Shown here in pieces: positions 46,726 to 56,297 of a stretch of 64,000 bases of DNA. How positions within the stretch are numbered: position 1 is the first letter of the stretch; every line of letters starts with the position of its first letter. A program made the translations under genes and the position numbers. The stretch comes from Candidatus Bathyarchaeia archaeon (lineage in GTDB: Bacteria > Patescibacteriota > Microgenomatia > PFEM01 > JAFGMK01): positions 29,384 to 93,383 of the forward strand of contig DATKWK010000017.1 in assembly GCA_035529595.1 (NCBI GenBank), in the 5' to 3' direction. The notes beneath the pieces were generated by a model. That model was not told the origin of the DNA. It saw only the letters and a list, made by a program, of their open reading frames with translations, and did no database searches.

Positions 46726-47109
46726 ATGAAACAATACAAAGGACTGATTCTAAAACTAATTGTGACTGGTTGGTGTTTGCTGACTTTCTTCCCTTTTTCT
46801 GCAGCTTTAGCTCAGGATTGGTCGACTCCGCCTGACCAGCCGGCAGATTTGAAGGATATTGAGGTCGTCTTTGCCAGAATTATCGGGGTTGCCATTCCTT
46901 TAGCCGGATTCGCCGGCCTGATTATGTTGATTATCGGCGGCTTCCAATATCTTACCGCCGGCGAAGACCCAAAGGCAGTCGAACAAGCATCCAAGTCCCT
47001 TACTTCGGTCTTTACCGGGTTAGTGCTCTTAATCAGCGCCTGGATAATTCTTAAAGCAATCCAAACAATTACCGGGATAAATGTAACCATTTTTAAGATT
47101 TCGCCCTAG
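46726..47109 (+). CDS. VirB2/TrbC-like pilin paralog 6 (with signal peptide)
   Basis: The signal peptide MKQYKGLILKLIVTGWCLLTFFPFSAALA is followed by ARIIGVAIPLAGFAGLIMLIIGGFQYLTAGEDPKAVEQASKSLTSVFTGLVLLISAWIIL. Confidence 0.65.
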   Translation: MKQYKGLILKLIVTGWCLLTFFPFSAALAQDWSTPPDQPADLKDIEVVFARIIGVAIPLAGFAGLIMLIIGGFQYLTAGEDPKAVEQASKSLTSVFTGLVLLISAWIILKAIQTITGINVTIFKISP

Positions 47110-47156
47110 CTTAGATCATGTTGAAATAAAACGTCCTATAAGGTAAAATAACGTAT

Positions 47157-50100
47157 ATGGCTAATAAAAAAGTAAAATTATCGAAAAAACTAGGGGGGCT
47201 AGTCGTACTTTGGTTCTTGGCTGGTTTATTGGCAACCAAACCCTGCTTCGCCCAAAATGGCTCGGGAGCCTTATTCGGCTTTAATATTCACCATTTGGCA
47301 AAAATGGAAGAACAGGATATTAGCTCAATCTTACAGAAGCTCTCGACCGATTGTTCCACCAAAATAGTACGGATTTGGGGATACGAGACAGGAATTGACG
47401 CTTATGTCAGCCTGGAAAAAGTACTTCGGAATGCTCCGGAAGATGTTAAATTTATAGTTGCCTTAGAAGACTTTGCCCCAATTATTGAAGATCCGGTAAA
47501 CTGGTATCAGGAGGCTGCCCGGCCCGGATCAAATTACTATCGGCATGTCCAGCGGATGCTGGAACGCTACGGCAAGAATCCTCAGATTCTGGTTTGGGAA
47601 CTGGCTAACGAACCTTCCTGCGGTGGTTATTATGATGCTTGCTTGCCTAATTTTTTAAATTGGGTGGAGAAGATTTCCAATCTGATTGACGGTTATACGG
47701 ACGCCTATATTTCCCCCGGTCTGATCGGAATTCCCCAGTTCTCCGAGTACGATTATGAGCGGATTTCCAACACCGGCAGCATTAATGCTAATTCCTGCCA
47801 TTTTTATAGCAGTTATTCAGATAATGTCGTTAGTTGCCAATGGGCTTTTGATCACAAAGGCCGGGTTGAGTTTATCTATGCCGGTGAGGCCGGCTACGAA
47901 GGCGAGTTCGACTGTTCCGGCGGCGGCTGTACTACTAAACACTGTGAGAACTGCTGTGAACGGCCTATCCTTGAAAAACGAGCCAAAAAAGCGCTTGCCG
48001 ACTATGAAACATTGTCAAAAATGGGTTTTGATGCTTTCTTAATCTGGCAATTTTCACCCTTAGGCAGAGCTTGCGACAACTTTTCGGTCTTTCCGGGCGA
48101 CCCCCTCTGTCCGGGAATTCTAAATATCGCCCCGGACGAATTGACTCTGCCCCCGAATCGAAAAACCGAATGGGCCGATTCGGTTCCGGGAAGGAATATC
48201 CCCTGCCGGCCGCTGGTCGTCTCCCAACAGCAATGGGCTAGTGATACCACCAAAGGCGCCAACTATTTTAACCCATATTTTTTTAATACTGATCCGCTGG
48301 CTGCGGATTCCCTGAGCGGTTTTCCTTTTGATTATTCGCCCTGGCGGCCGTTTCCCGGCGATGCCGGCCGGGCTTTTTACGACACCAAGGGCAATATTAT
48401 CAACCAACCGCACAACGAAGACGACCAGGATGTCTGTTACGATTTGGAAAAGCTGGAAAAAGAAAAGCAGATCACCAGCTACTGCAATCCTTCCCCGCAA
48501 ATCACCGATTACATTCAATGGTTCCCTGACGAATCGGCTTTGGAAAAAACCGTAAGAGTCCTGGGCTATTACCGGCCTTTTTGGACCGACTCGCCGGCTC
48601 CGGAATATAAAACCACCCAGATTCCCTTCTTGGGCAACAGCTTAACCGCCTCACGGGAATACACCGACAACGCCCAAAGGATGTCTCTTTTTGTAAACGA
48701 TTTTCTGCGGGGAACGGTTTACTGGGACCAAACTGAAGTCGAAGAAAGAGACCCGCGGATTGCCCCGGAAAGCGGGCCGATCAGAAAACTGTTGCCTAAA
48801 AACCGGCAGATAAATAATGAGTATATTGATGCTTATATCGGCTGCCGTCTCTTTAAAGACCCTGATCAGTGTGGTTATCCGCTGCTGCATGAAGATGCCA
48901 TCCACGACTATGCTGTTCTGTGGACGACCGGAGACGCCGGTATTATCAAGACCGGCAATTTTACCGATCTGCCTGACCATCGAGAAATAAAAAAGTCTTC
49001 TGCCGTCCCCAATCCATGGCGGTTAAGCGCCTGGTTTTGCGGGTTGCCTGGTATCGCCCGACCACTTAAATATACTAATCTTTGTCCGGAAGACGATTAC
49101 AGCGGCGAAGGCATCTACTGGATCAGAAGTCAGGAAGGTTATCCCTATTTTCCGCTGACCTCCCGAGAAGACGTCCCGGCAGTGGTTGATGTCGGTTTTG
49201 ACGGCGTCTGGGATCCAAACGACCCAAGATTAAGTGAAATACCGCCCGGGAAACCTTTCCCCGTCGGCTATCAGATGAAAATGGAAGATTATTACGCTGT
49301 CATTGAAGACGGCTACTGGGAAGATTCCAATGGCGACGGAATTATGGAATATAATAAATGGGGTGGGATTTACCATATCGACAAGGGCGCCAATTCACCC
49401 GACAGCGATCCACCTCTGCCAATGTACGAATTCCACTTTGTCGATCTGGTTTTTATTCCCCATATAGCTGAAGCCCGCGAACTGGGAGAATGGGCTGGTT
49501 TAACGTTAACCCCCTATACAATGATGAAAAAAGATTTGCCTGATTTTTGGGAAAAAGACCGGAGCGTTCATCAACTTAATCTGGTCACCAGCCGTACCTG
49601 CGAGATCAATGATATTGCCCGCGGCGGACCGGGTGATGCCCTGGCAGTCGACTGGCGGCATAGTTTCCGCTATGTTGATTATCCTACCGACCCCTGGAAC
49701 ATCGGCAATGAAGGTGAAAGACAACTTAGGATACTGCGCGAAGAAAAAGCGATACCAGACCCCCTTCATGACTGGTGGTGTAAAGCCGATCCCAGCGAAT
49801 GGCCGGATCGGGAAACCACGCCGATTGAATCCAATAAAGGCTGGGTAGTGACCAAAATTCCTTATCTGGAACAAGTCGCCAAAAGACTCATCGGCCAAGC
49901 CGGGGTTTTTAAAACCTTAATGCCTTATAGTTTCAACGAGGAAGTCGAAGACTTGATTACAGAAGTTGGCAGAGGCAGCGTCTATCCTTGGGAACTGCCC
50001 GGTTACGGACCGGCCCAACACAGTTACAACAACGGCTTAGCCCCGGAAGGGGTTAAGGAACATTGGGGCTGCTGTAATTATCCAGGTGACAAGTGTGATG

Positions 50101-50387
50101 GTATGGATTATCCCCAGGCAGATTGTCCCGATTACTGCAAATGGAATTCTGAAGCTGGACTTTGTATAGTACCGGGAACTAAAGTAGATTGTATCGCCCC
50201 CTGCAACTGCGATTATTGCAGTAAAGATAACTGCGGACCGGTATCCAAGGACGGATCGGATATCCGCGGTTGGGGAACTGCCAATAATGAAGATGCCCGT
50301 TTCTATTATCCTTATATCGGAACGATTGATATTTTCCGGCAATACTTTATGAATGCCGTTCTCCCCTCTGAGCTATCGACTTTATAA
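47157..50387 (+). CDS. Large secreted protein: N-terminal GH5-family glycoside-hydrolase-like domain plus long extension with a Cys-rich C-terminus
   Basis: Signal peptide MANKK...LLATKPCFA. The GH5 acid/base motif QILVWELANEP is present, with the candidate nucleophile FIYAGEAGYEGE. The C-terminal ~100 aa are Cys-dense (GCCNYPGDKCDG...CNCDYCSKDNCGP). 1076 aa. Confidence 0.65.
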   Translation: MANKKVKLSKKLGGLVVLWFLAGLLATKPCFAQNGSGALFGFNIHHLAKMEEQDISSILQKLSTDCSTKIVRIWGYETGIDAYVSLEKVLRNAPEDVKFIVALEDFAPIIEDPVNWYQEAARPGSNYYRHVQRMLERYGKNPQILVWELANEPSCGGYYDACLPNFLNWVEKISNLIDGYTDAYISPGLIGIPQFSEYDYERISNTGSINANSCHFYSSYSDNVVSCQWAFDHKGRVEFIYAGEAGYEGEFDCSGGGCTTKHCENCCERPILEKRAKKALADYETLSKMGFDAFLIWQFSPLGRACDNFSVFPGDPLCPGILNIAPDELTLPPNRKTEWADSVPGRNIPCRPLVVSQQQWASDTTKGANYFNPYFFNTDPLAADSLSGFPFDYSPWRPFPGDAGRAFYDTKGNIINQPHNEDDQDVCYDLEKLEKEKQITSYCNPSPQITDYIQWFPDESALEKTVRVLGYYRPFWTDSPAPEYKTTQIPFLGNSLTASREYTDNAQRMSLFVNDFLRGTVYWDQTEVEERDPRIAPESGPIRKLLPKNRQINNEYIDAYIGCRLFKDPDQCGYPLLHEDAIHDYAVLWTTGDAGIIKTGNFTDLPDHREIKKSSAVPNPWRLSAWFCGLPGIARPLKYTNLCPEDDYSGEGIYWIRSQEGYPYFPLTSREDVPAVVDVGFDGVWDPNDPRLSEIPPGKPFPVGYQMKMEDYYAVIEDGYWEDSNGDGIMEYNKWGGIYHIDKGANSPDSDPPLPMYEFHFVDLVFIPHIAEARELGEWAGLTLTPYTMMKKDLPDFWEKDRSVHQLNLVTSRTCEINDIARGGPGDALAVDWRHSFRYVDYPTDPWNIGNEGERQLRILREEKAIPDPLHDWWCKADPSEWPDRETTPIESNKGWVVTKIPYLEQVAKRLIGQAGVFKTLMPYSFNEEVEDLITEVGRGSVYPWELPGYGPAQHSYNNGLAPEGVKEHWGCCNYPGDKCDGMDYPQADCPDYCKWNSEAGLCIVPGTKVDCIAPCNCDYCSKDNCGPVSKDGSDIRGWGTANNEDARFYYPYIGTIDIFRQYFMNAVLPSELSTL

Positions 50388-50439
50388 AGTAAAAATCGCC
50401 TCTTGCATTGTCAAAAAAAACCTGTTACTCTAAAAATCA

Positions 50440-52179
50440 ATGAACCTGAAAAGAATCGTTAAAAGCAAAAAAATACTAATCTTTTTACTGGCCTCTTTTT
50501 TGCTAGTCCCCCTTTTCACTAACCTGATTCTGGCTTATGACTCGACACCGGATGAAGATGATGTCCCCTATATTAAGCAGGTCTGGTTACCGGCGGTTAA
50601 ATCTTCGGAAATGAACTTGGAAAGCTTCGTCTACGAAACAATTAAAGCAATTCCCCCGTCTCTTATCAGTATGATTTTAACCAATAAGAGGTGGGCTGAC
50701 AGCTGGATAATCAAAGGAGATGTTACTCCCTATAAAATTCCCAAACCCTCCGAAGCTGGTATCTTGCAGTCTCTTTTGGGCTTTATCACCTATCTCTATG
50801 CCCAACCGCCGGCTTCAGGATTAAACTACATTGCTTACGTCCGCCAGAATCTCGGATTAGCCCCGGCCTATGCTCAAGGCAGTTACGGCTACCAAAGCTT
50901 GTCTCCGGTCATTCCGATGTGGACGGCCTTTCGTAATATAACGTACGCCTTATTTGCCATTTTGCTGGTCGTCGCCGGATTTCTGGTGATGTTCCGAATC
51001 AAGACCGATCCCCGGACGGTAATTACTGTTCAAGCCGCCATTCCTAAAGTAATTATGGCCTTGCTTTTGGTTACTTTTTCCTATGCCATTGCCGGTTTTG
51101 TGATGGACTTAACCTACGTAATTCTATTTGCCGCTCTTGGACTCTTCCGGGGAGCCGGCTTAATCGGCGGTGAAGTCTTGGGGGTAGATGTCATTAAGAA
51201 GGCGCTTACCGAGTGGAACGCGGCCTGGTTTGGTTTCATGGTCCTGATTTTTAGTACCGGTGGGCTTTTTAACGGCATTAACAATATTGTTTCCGGTTTC
51301 CTGACACCGCCGGTCATCCCCAGCATTCCATTAATCAGTGACACCTTAAGATATGTTGTCGGAATTGCTCCTTCAGCCTTGGTTTTGCTGATTATTCTGG
51401 TTGTGATTATCTTTGTCCTTTTTAAGATTTCTTTTCTACTTATTAAAAGCTACATCAGTATCATTCTGGCAGTCCTGATCGCTCCTTTCCAAATTATGCT
51501 AAGTTCTCTGCCGGGAGTAAACGGGTTTGGTTCTTGGCTAAAAAACCTGGTGGCGCATGCGGCAGTTTTCCCGATCGTCGGCATTATGTTCCTGGTGGCG
51601 GCGATTCTCATGGGACCGACAATCGGGATTCAGATTGGTCCGGTGGGCATTTCGTTTGACCCTTTTGACCGGACTAAAAGCGGTTTTAGTACCCCAGTTG
51701 CTCCGCCACCGCTTTTGGGCGACAATCTTTCCAAGCCCGGCTCGATCGAAACTTTAATCGGCCTGGGAATTATCTTTTATATCCCCAGCATCTGCAGCCG
51801 ATTACAGGAAGCGCTCCGACGCCCGCTTGGTCTTGAATCGGCGATTTCGATGGTCGGTTTTCAGAAGTCGTTTGTCGGCGGTGCTCTTTACGGATCAGCC
51901 CAGAAAAAAGCTGGGGATGCTGCTACTACGTTTCTAGGCAGTGTTCCAGGTAGGATCGCTGGTAAGGTCAAAGAAGAAAAAGGTAAGAAAGCTGTTTCTC
52001 CTACAGACCAAAGCCTTGCGCCGTCAACCCAGCAAACAGCTCATCACCCAGGTTGGCAACTACCGAGCCATAGACCGGCATCCGGCGGTGGCGCCCAGTT
52101 AGCTAAAGGTCAACAGGTTAGTCCGGCACCAACCGCGGGCCAGGCTGCAACCCCGAAGAAAACTCCAAGAGTAAGATAG
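50440..52179 (+). CDS. VirB6/TrbL-like polytopic membrane protein with a Pro/Ala/Gln-rich C-terminal tail
   Basis: 579 aa with an N-terminal signal/TM and five or more internal TM helices (ITYALFAILLVVAGFLV, IMALLLVTFSYAIAGFV, LVLLIILVVIIFVLF ...). This matches TrbL/VirB6 topology. The tail is low-complexity. Confidence 0.55.
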   Translation: MNLKRIVKSKKILIFLLASFLLVPLFTNLILAYDSTPDEDDVPYIKQVWLPAVKSSEMNLESFVYETIKAIPPSLISMILTNKRWADSWIIKGDVTPYKIPKPSEAGILQSLLGFITYLYAQPPASGLNYIAYVRQNLGLAPAYAQGSYGYQSLSPVIPMWTAFRNITYALFAILLVVAGFLVMFRIKTDPRTVITVQAAIPKVIMALLLVTFSYAIAGFVMDLTYVILFAALGLFRGAGLIGGEVLGVDVIKKALTEWNAAWFGFMVLIFSTGGLFNGINNIVSGFLTPPVIPSIPLISDTLRYVVGIAPSALVLLIILVVIIFVLFKISFLLIKSYISIILAVLIAPFQIMLSSLPGVNGFGSWLKNLVAHAAVFPIVGIMFLVAAILMGPTIGIQIGPVGISFDPFDRTKSGFSTPVAPPPLLGDNLSKPGSIETLIGLGIIFYIPSICSRLQEALRRPLGLESAISMVGFQKSFVGGALYGSAQKKAGDAATTFLGSVPGRIAGKVKEEKGKKAVSPTDQSLAPSTQQTAHHPGWQLPSHRPASGGGAQLAKGQQVSPAPTAGQAATPKKTPRVR

Positions 52180-52353
52180 GATGTCAAACAAAGACTTTAA
52201 AAAGAAGAAAAAGAAGCTTAAAGTAAGTCCGCAAGTTAAAGCGAGTTTACCCGCTTGGCAAATCTCAACCAAAAAGAAAGAAGACAACCTCAGGTTATGG
52301 AAAAAAACTCCCTACATTAGATAGAAGACTTTTTCTAATTCAAATATTAAAAC

Positions 52354-55300
52354 TTACCATCTTGGCGGTTTTTCCGGGCCAAATATTTCCCTAAATAATT
52401 GATGTCCGATACTGAAACCTAACTCCTTAGCAAACTGACTTAACCGGAAAGCATGGCCTGGCGTAATTAAACCGTCTGCTAACAGTGCGGGCACTAACGG
52501 TGCTCGTTCCCGAGTTAAGCCAAAGGTTGTCCTCAACTCCATCGTTTCAACTATCTCTGAAGCTGGCACTAACGCTTTTGAAAACGGCTGAGCCATGGCA
52601 TCCTTCCGCCACGGTGAAACCTGAACTAGGACATTCGCCGTCAGGATAGCTACATGATCCTGATAGGCTTGAATGTTCGCTTCATTGGATAATCCCCGCG
52701 TCCAAGCGCAAACGTCCATCAAATTTCGCAGAGCGCCGACCGCGCCATCAACTACTGCTACCGGATCAGTTAATTTCCTCGGATCAATTTGGCCGGTAGC
52801 CATTTCCATAAAAGTCATTGCCTGTATCCATAAGAAGTTCATATATAAACCATTATAAAATGTCTCCGATAACTGTCCAAACGGTATTGTCTTCCAACTG
52901 CCCCCGACAGTGAAATGTTCCAGAGGGATATCCGGCATCCCTTCTAGGCCGATTTTATCAATCGACTGCTGATGCTCCCAAGCCTCCTCTTCCGAACCAG
53001 TTAAGGCTAATCCCCGTTCTTTTTTACTCCTTGCTTGAGCTACTAAAGCTCTTAAGTCCCCATCCTCGTTCCATCTTTGCCTAATGTCATCTATTCTGCT
53101 TTTGATTTCAAGAATCATAGCCTCATCTGGAGCTAGTGGTTGTCCGCTGACCTTTTTAGCAGTAATATCCCGAAGAGCCGTATCTAATTTTGAGCCCTGA
53201 ATAGGACAAGTTGTCAGCACGTCAGCCACAATCTCGCCGATCAAGGGGTCTTTAGGATCGACGGTTAAAGGATAGCGGCGATCTACAAGTTCACCAGTGA
53301 CTCCAATTTCCAATAAACGTAAAAGCTTTTCTTGAGTAAGTCCTTTAGGTGTTCTTGACCGTTGTAGGGCTTTTTCTCTGGCCGCTTTTCCTGCCCGCTG
53401 ATAAAGCCTTTTAAACTGAGCAATATCGGCAAGTTCTTTCAAGGCCGGCTCACCTTGTTTTTGATAGCTTTTTAACAAAGCCGAAGCTCCTCGCCCTCTG
53501 ATATTCCAATTTGCCAGTAACGGCCTGACCGCATCCGCTCCTGCACGATGGTATATCGCTCTGAGTCTGCTTTCGGATTCCTTAATGCCAACTTTTTCAG
53601 CAACTACTGTAACTCTAGCCCGGTTATACGCTTTTATTAAATCACGTGCCTGACTCTCATGTACTCCCCCCGGTTTTTTTCCGCCCGCCATCAATCTGGC
53701 AACTCCAATTTCTCCCCCCAGCCTATATGCTTCGATCGCTTTTTCTGTATTTAAATGCCAATTTCTTAGTCTAATTAAATTCGCCACAGCCTGCTGGCCT
53801 GCCTGATCGCACTTCTCTGTCAATTCAGCCGGAAGAAAGAAAATACAAGCAGGATTTTTCACCTTAGCATCAACCTTAGCATTACTGACGAAGCGATATG
53901 TGGCTGAAATAAATATCTTATCGAGATAGGCACCAATATGCCAGGATCTATGGACATCTTCAACCGCGAACCGAAAAAGAGCCACCCTGGCTTTTCTGGC
54001 CATCTCAACCGCAAAAGGACTTCTGACGACTTGACCGATGCCTTCGACGAACCTATTCATTAACGAGGCCGACGTGTAGGCATCATCCAAAGACGGCATA
54101 TCATGCGGTAAACGATCTAGCATTTTGTCAACTAAGTTGCGTCTATTTGCCCGTTCTTCATCGCTTATACCCGGCTCATCCGGTTGTACGGCTCCCTCTA
54201 AGGCGACCCGGTATGCCTGGTTAGCCGCGCCGAGCCCTTCCTGGGCAAAAGAAGACCAACTGATAGATCTCATTGCCGGTGAAGCCAAAACATCCCAAAT
54301 GTGGTAGGCGCCCTCAAAAGGCTGGCTATACTCCGGGTTTGCGTAAACTTCGCCATCTTCGTCCGTTTTTGCAATTTCTGCTATAAACAGCTCATCCCAA
54401 AAGGCCATCATGGTTAAATGTTCCGGTTCGATTGTCGTACATCGAATTCTTGGAACAGATTCACCATAACCAAGTAATAAACCAACCTTTTCTCCGGCAG
54501 TACCGCTGCCCAAAGCGATTCTCATCTCCAAATAACGGTCGGTAAAGGCGATTACCGCTCGAGATAGCATTCTTACTCTTTCTTTAAAGGATCGCTCAAT
54601 TCCCATAATCGATTTCCATTCACCAACTTCGTCAGGAATCATAGCCATCCATTCTTGGATGTCCTGGACTAATGTATTATTTACCTCAAAATAACTAGGC
54701 TGTTCGGTTCTAATTAAAGTATCCAGACGGCGATAAAACCCATCCAACCAGTAATTAGGACCTTTTTCTTTCGTTTCTGTCGATTTAGCCGCTTCATTTT
54801 CTTTCTTTATCTGATCTTTTAAAATGCCGCATAAAGCTTCCATCACCCGGTGCTGACGGGTGTGTTCAAGGATATCTTTATCCAATCTTTCAATCTCATG
54901 TCTGTTACCCGCTGCTTGTACCTTGGCATAGCTAATAAATCGCCTCATTTGATCCCGCCAAGCCCGTTCCCGATCCATCAGATCCTCGATCTTGTCAAGA
55001 GTAAGATCTCCGTCACGACGCAACTCAACCGTCTCGATCACTAAATCAATCGGCGGCACTAACATTCCTGTTCCTGGAACTCTCTCTCTTGGTCCAAAAC
55101 CCTCATTCAAATCAGTCAGAGTCAAGACCTCAACATCGGCTTCAGGAATAAAAACCTGCCAGACCAAACAATTCAGGTTTTTTTCTAAAGCGGCGACTGC
55201 CTCTATAGTCCTCTCAGGGAATCTTTTAACCCGCTCTTTAAGACTCCTGATATCGCGAAGCCAGGCTGCCAATGAGGCCGCACTGACCCGATCAACTCCT

Positions 55301-55722
55301 TCTATTTCATTAATTTCTCTTTGAACCTGACCTAAAAAATCAAGAATTAAATCACGATCTCTGGGGTCTCCAACTAGATGAAGATTAACTGGCACAACTC
55401 CGTGCTGAAGCATTGAAACAATATCCGGGGGCAAACCTTCAGGATGACTCGCATCAACCCTGCCTAAATTATACTGCTGCCTGATTCTCTCCAACCCATA
55501 AGAAATAAATTCTTCCGGTGGCGACCAGTCTCCAGACTCCGGAGAAGTCGGCCCTTCACTATCTGGAGGAGGAGGCGTCTCCGGCGGCTGTCCACCCTGA
55601 GGAGATTGAGGAGGATTTTCAACAAATTCACCCTCTATTTCCTCGATTCTACCGTTAGCACCCTCATCACTGGAAGCATCATTTTCTTGAACAACGCGCC
55701 ATCTATTTTGTTCGTTACTCAT
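52354..55722 (-). CDS. Large soluble hypothetical protein (1122 aa) with a Pro/Glu-rich N-terminus; candidate secreted substrate
   Basis: No TM and no signal peptide. The N-terminus is PPQSPQGGQPPETPPPPDSEGPTSPESGDWSPPEE. It is GC-rich and encoded antisense to the surrounding T4SS-like genes. Confidence 0.55.
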   Translation of the reverse strand: MSNEQNRWRVVQENDASSDEGANGRIEEIEGEFVENPPQSPQGGQPPETPPPPDSEGPTSPESGDWSPPEEFISYGLERIRQQYNLGRVDASHPEGLPPDIVSMLQHGVVPVNLHLVGDPRDRDLILDFLGQVQREINEIEGVDRVSAASLAAWLRDIRSLKERVKRFPERTIEAVAALEKNLNCLVWQVFIPEADVEVLTLTDLNEGFGPRERVPGTGMLVPPIDLVIETVELRRDGDLTLDKIEDLMDRERAWRDQMRRFISYAKVQAAGNRHEIERLDKDILEHTRQHRVMEALCGILKDQIKKENEAAKSTETKEKGPNYWLDGFYRRLDTLIRTEQPSYFEVNNTLVQDIQEWMAMIPDEVGEWKSIMGIERSFKERVRMLSRAVIAFTDRYLEMRIALGSGTAGEKVGLLLGYGESVPRIRCTTIEPEHLTMMAFWDELFIAEIAKTDEDGEVYANPEYSQPFEGAYHIWDVLASPAMRSISWSSFAQEGLGAANQAYRVALEGAVQPDEPGISDEERANRRNLVDKMLDRLPHDMPSLDDAYTSASLMNRFVEGIGQVVRSPFAVEMARKARVALFRFAVEDVHRSWHIGAYLDKIFISATYRFVSNAKVDAKVKNPACIFFLPAELTEKCDQAGQQAVANLIRLRNWHLNTEKAIEAYRLGGEIGVARLMAGGKKPGGVHESQARDLIKAYNRARVTVVAEKVGIKESESRLRAIYHRAGADAVRPLLANWNIRGRGASALLKSYQKQGEPALKELADIAQFKRLYQRAGKAAREKALQRSRTPKGLTQEKLLRLLEIGVTGELVDRRYPLTVDPKDPLIGEIVADVLTTCPIQGSKLDTALRDITAKKVSGQPLAPDEAMILEIKSRIDDIRQRWNEDGDLRALVAQARSKKERGLALTGSEEEAWEHQQSIDKIGLEGMPDIPLEHFTVGGSWKTIPFGQLSETFYNGLYMNFLWIQAMTFMEMATGQIDPRKLTDPVAVVDGAVGALRNLMDVCAWTRGLSNEANIQAYQDHVAILTANVLVQVSPWRKDAMAQPFSKALVPASEIVETMELRTTFGLTRERAPLVPALLADGLITPGHAFRLSQFAKELGFSIGHQLFREIFGPEKPPRW

Positions 55723-55775
55723 AAATTCGTTGAATTAATAAGCAGCCTTATTTTACCATATCATGTCTGCTGAAG

Positions 55776-56297
55776 CTATCGTCGATACAATAATACAAAG
55801 CCGAAAGTAGCATCTGCTAAAATTGATTTTTCCGGTTGCCAACCTTCAAAAGTAAAACCGTAAGAAATAATCCGGGTACCGGGTTTCAATTCCTGCCAGA
55901 ATTTTTCTTTTAGAAGCTGATTAGTTGATTGAAGTAAGAACACACAGACAATGTCGGTAGCCGACAGATTAACATTAAAAAAATTATCATGGATAATTTC
56001 AGCATTTTTGCCAAGCCGCAGTAACCGAATCCACAGTCGGGAATAAAAAACCCGCAAAGAATTTATTTCAATACCATAAGCTCGAGCTCCTTTTAAAGCA
56101 GCAGCGATTACCAGTCGCCCATCACCCGAACCTAAGTCGTAAAAAATCTCGCCTTTTTTAATATCAGCCAGTTTCATTACCGCTTTAATCACTTCCGGAT
56201 CCATAGCAACATAAGGAGCGCCAAAACGGGCAAAAGACAAGTTGTACAAAAACCAAAAAACAAGAATAAGAATTCCCAGAATAAAACCAAGCTGCAT
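55776..56297 (-). CDS. Small SAM-dependent methyltransferase-like protein with an N-terminal TM anchor
   Basis: N-terminal hydrophobic LGFILGILILVFWFLY, then the motif I-like IFYDLGSGDGRLVIAAALKGARAYGIEIN. 173 aa. Confidence 0.5.
   Translation of the reverse strand: MQLGFILGILILVFWFLYNLSFARFGAPYVAMDPEVIKAVMKLADIKKGEIFYDLGSGDGRLVIAAALKGARAYGIEINSLRVFYSRLWIRLLRLGKNAEIIHDNFFNVNLSATDIVCVFLLQSTNQLLKEKFWQELKPGTRIISYGFTFEGWQPEKSILADATFGFVLLYRR

Noticed and set aside
47755-50342. Several ORFs on both strands inside 47157..50387 (for example 47755..48042, 48120..48518, 48651..48980, 49506..49898, 50037..50342)
   Set aside because: They are embedded in the GC-rich GH5-like gene. Their Arg/Gly/Pro-rich translations are characteristic of off-frame GC-rich sequence. 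The GH5 frame carries the catalytic motifs.
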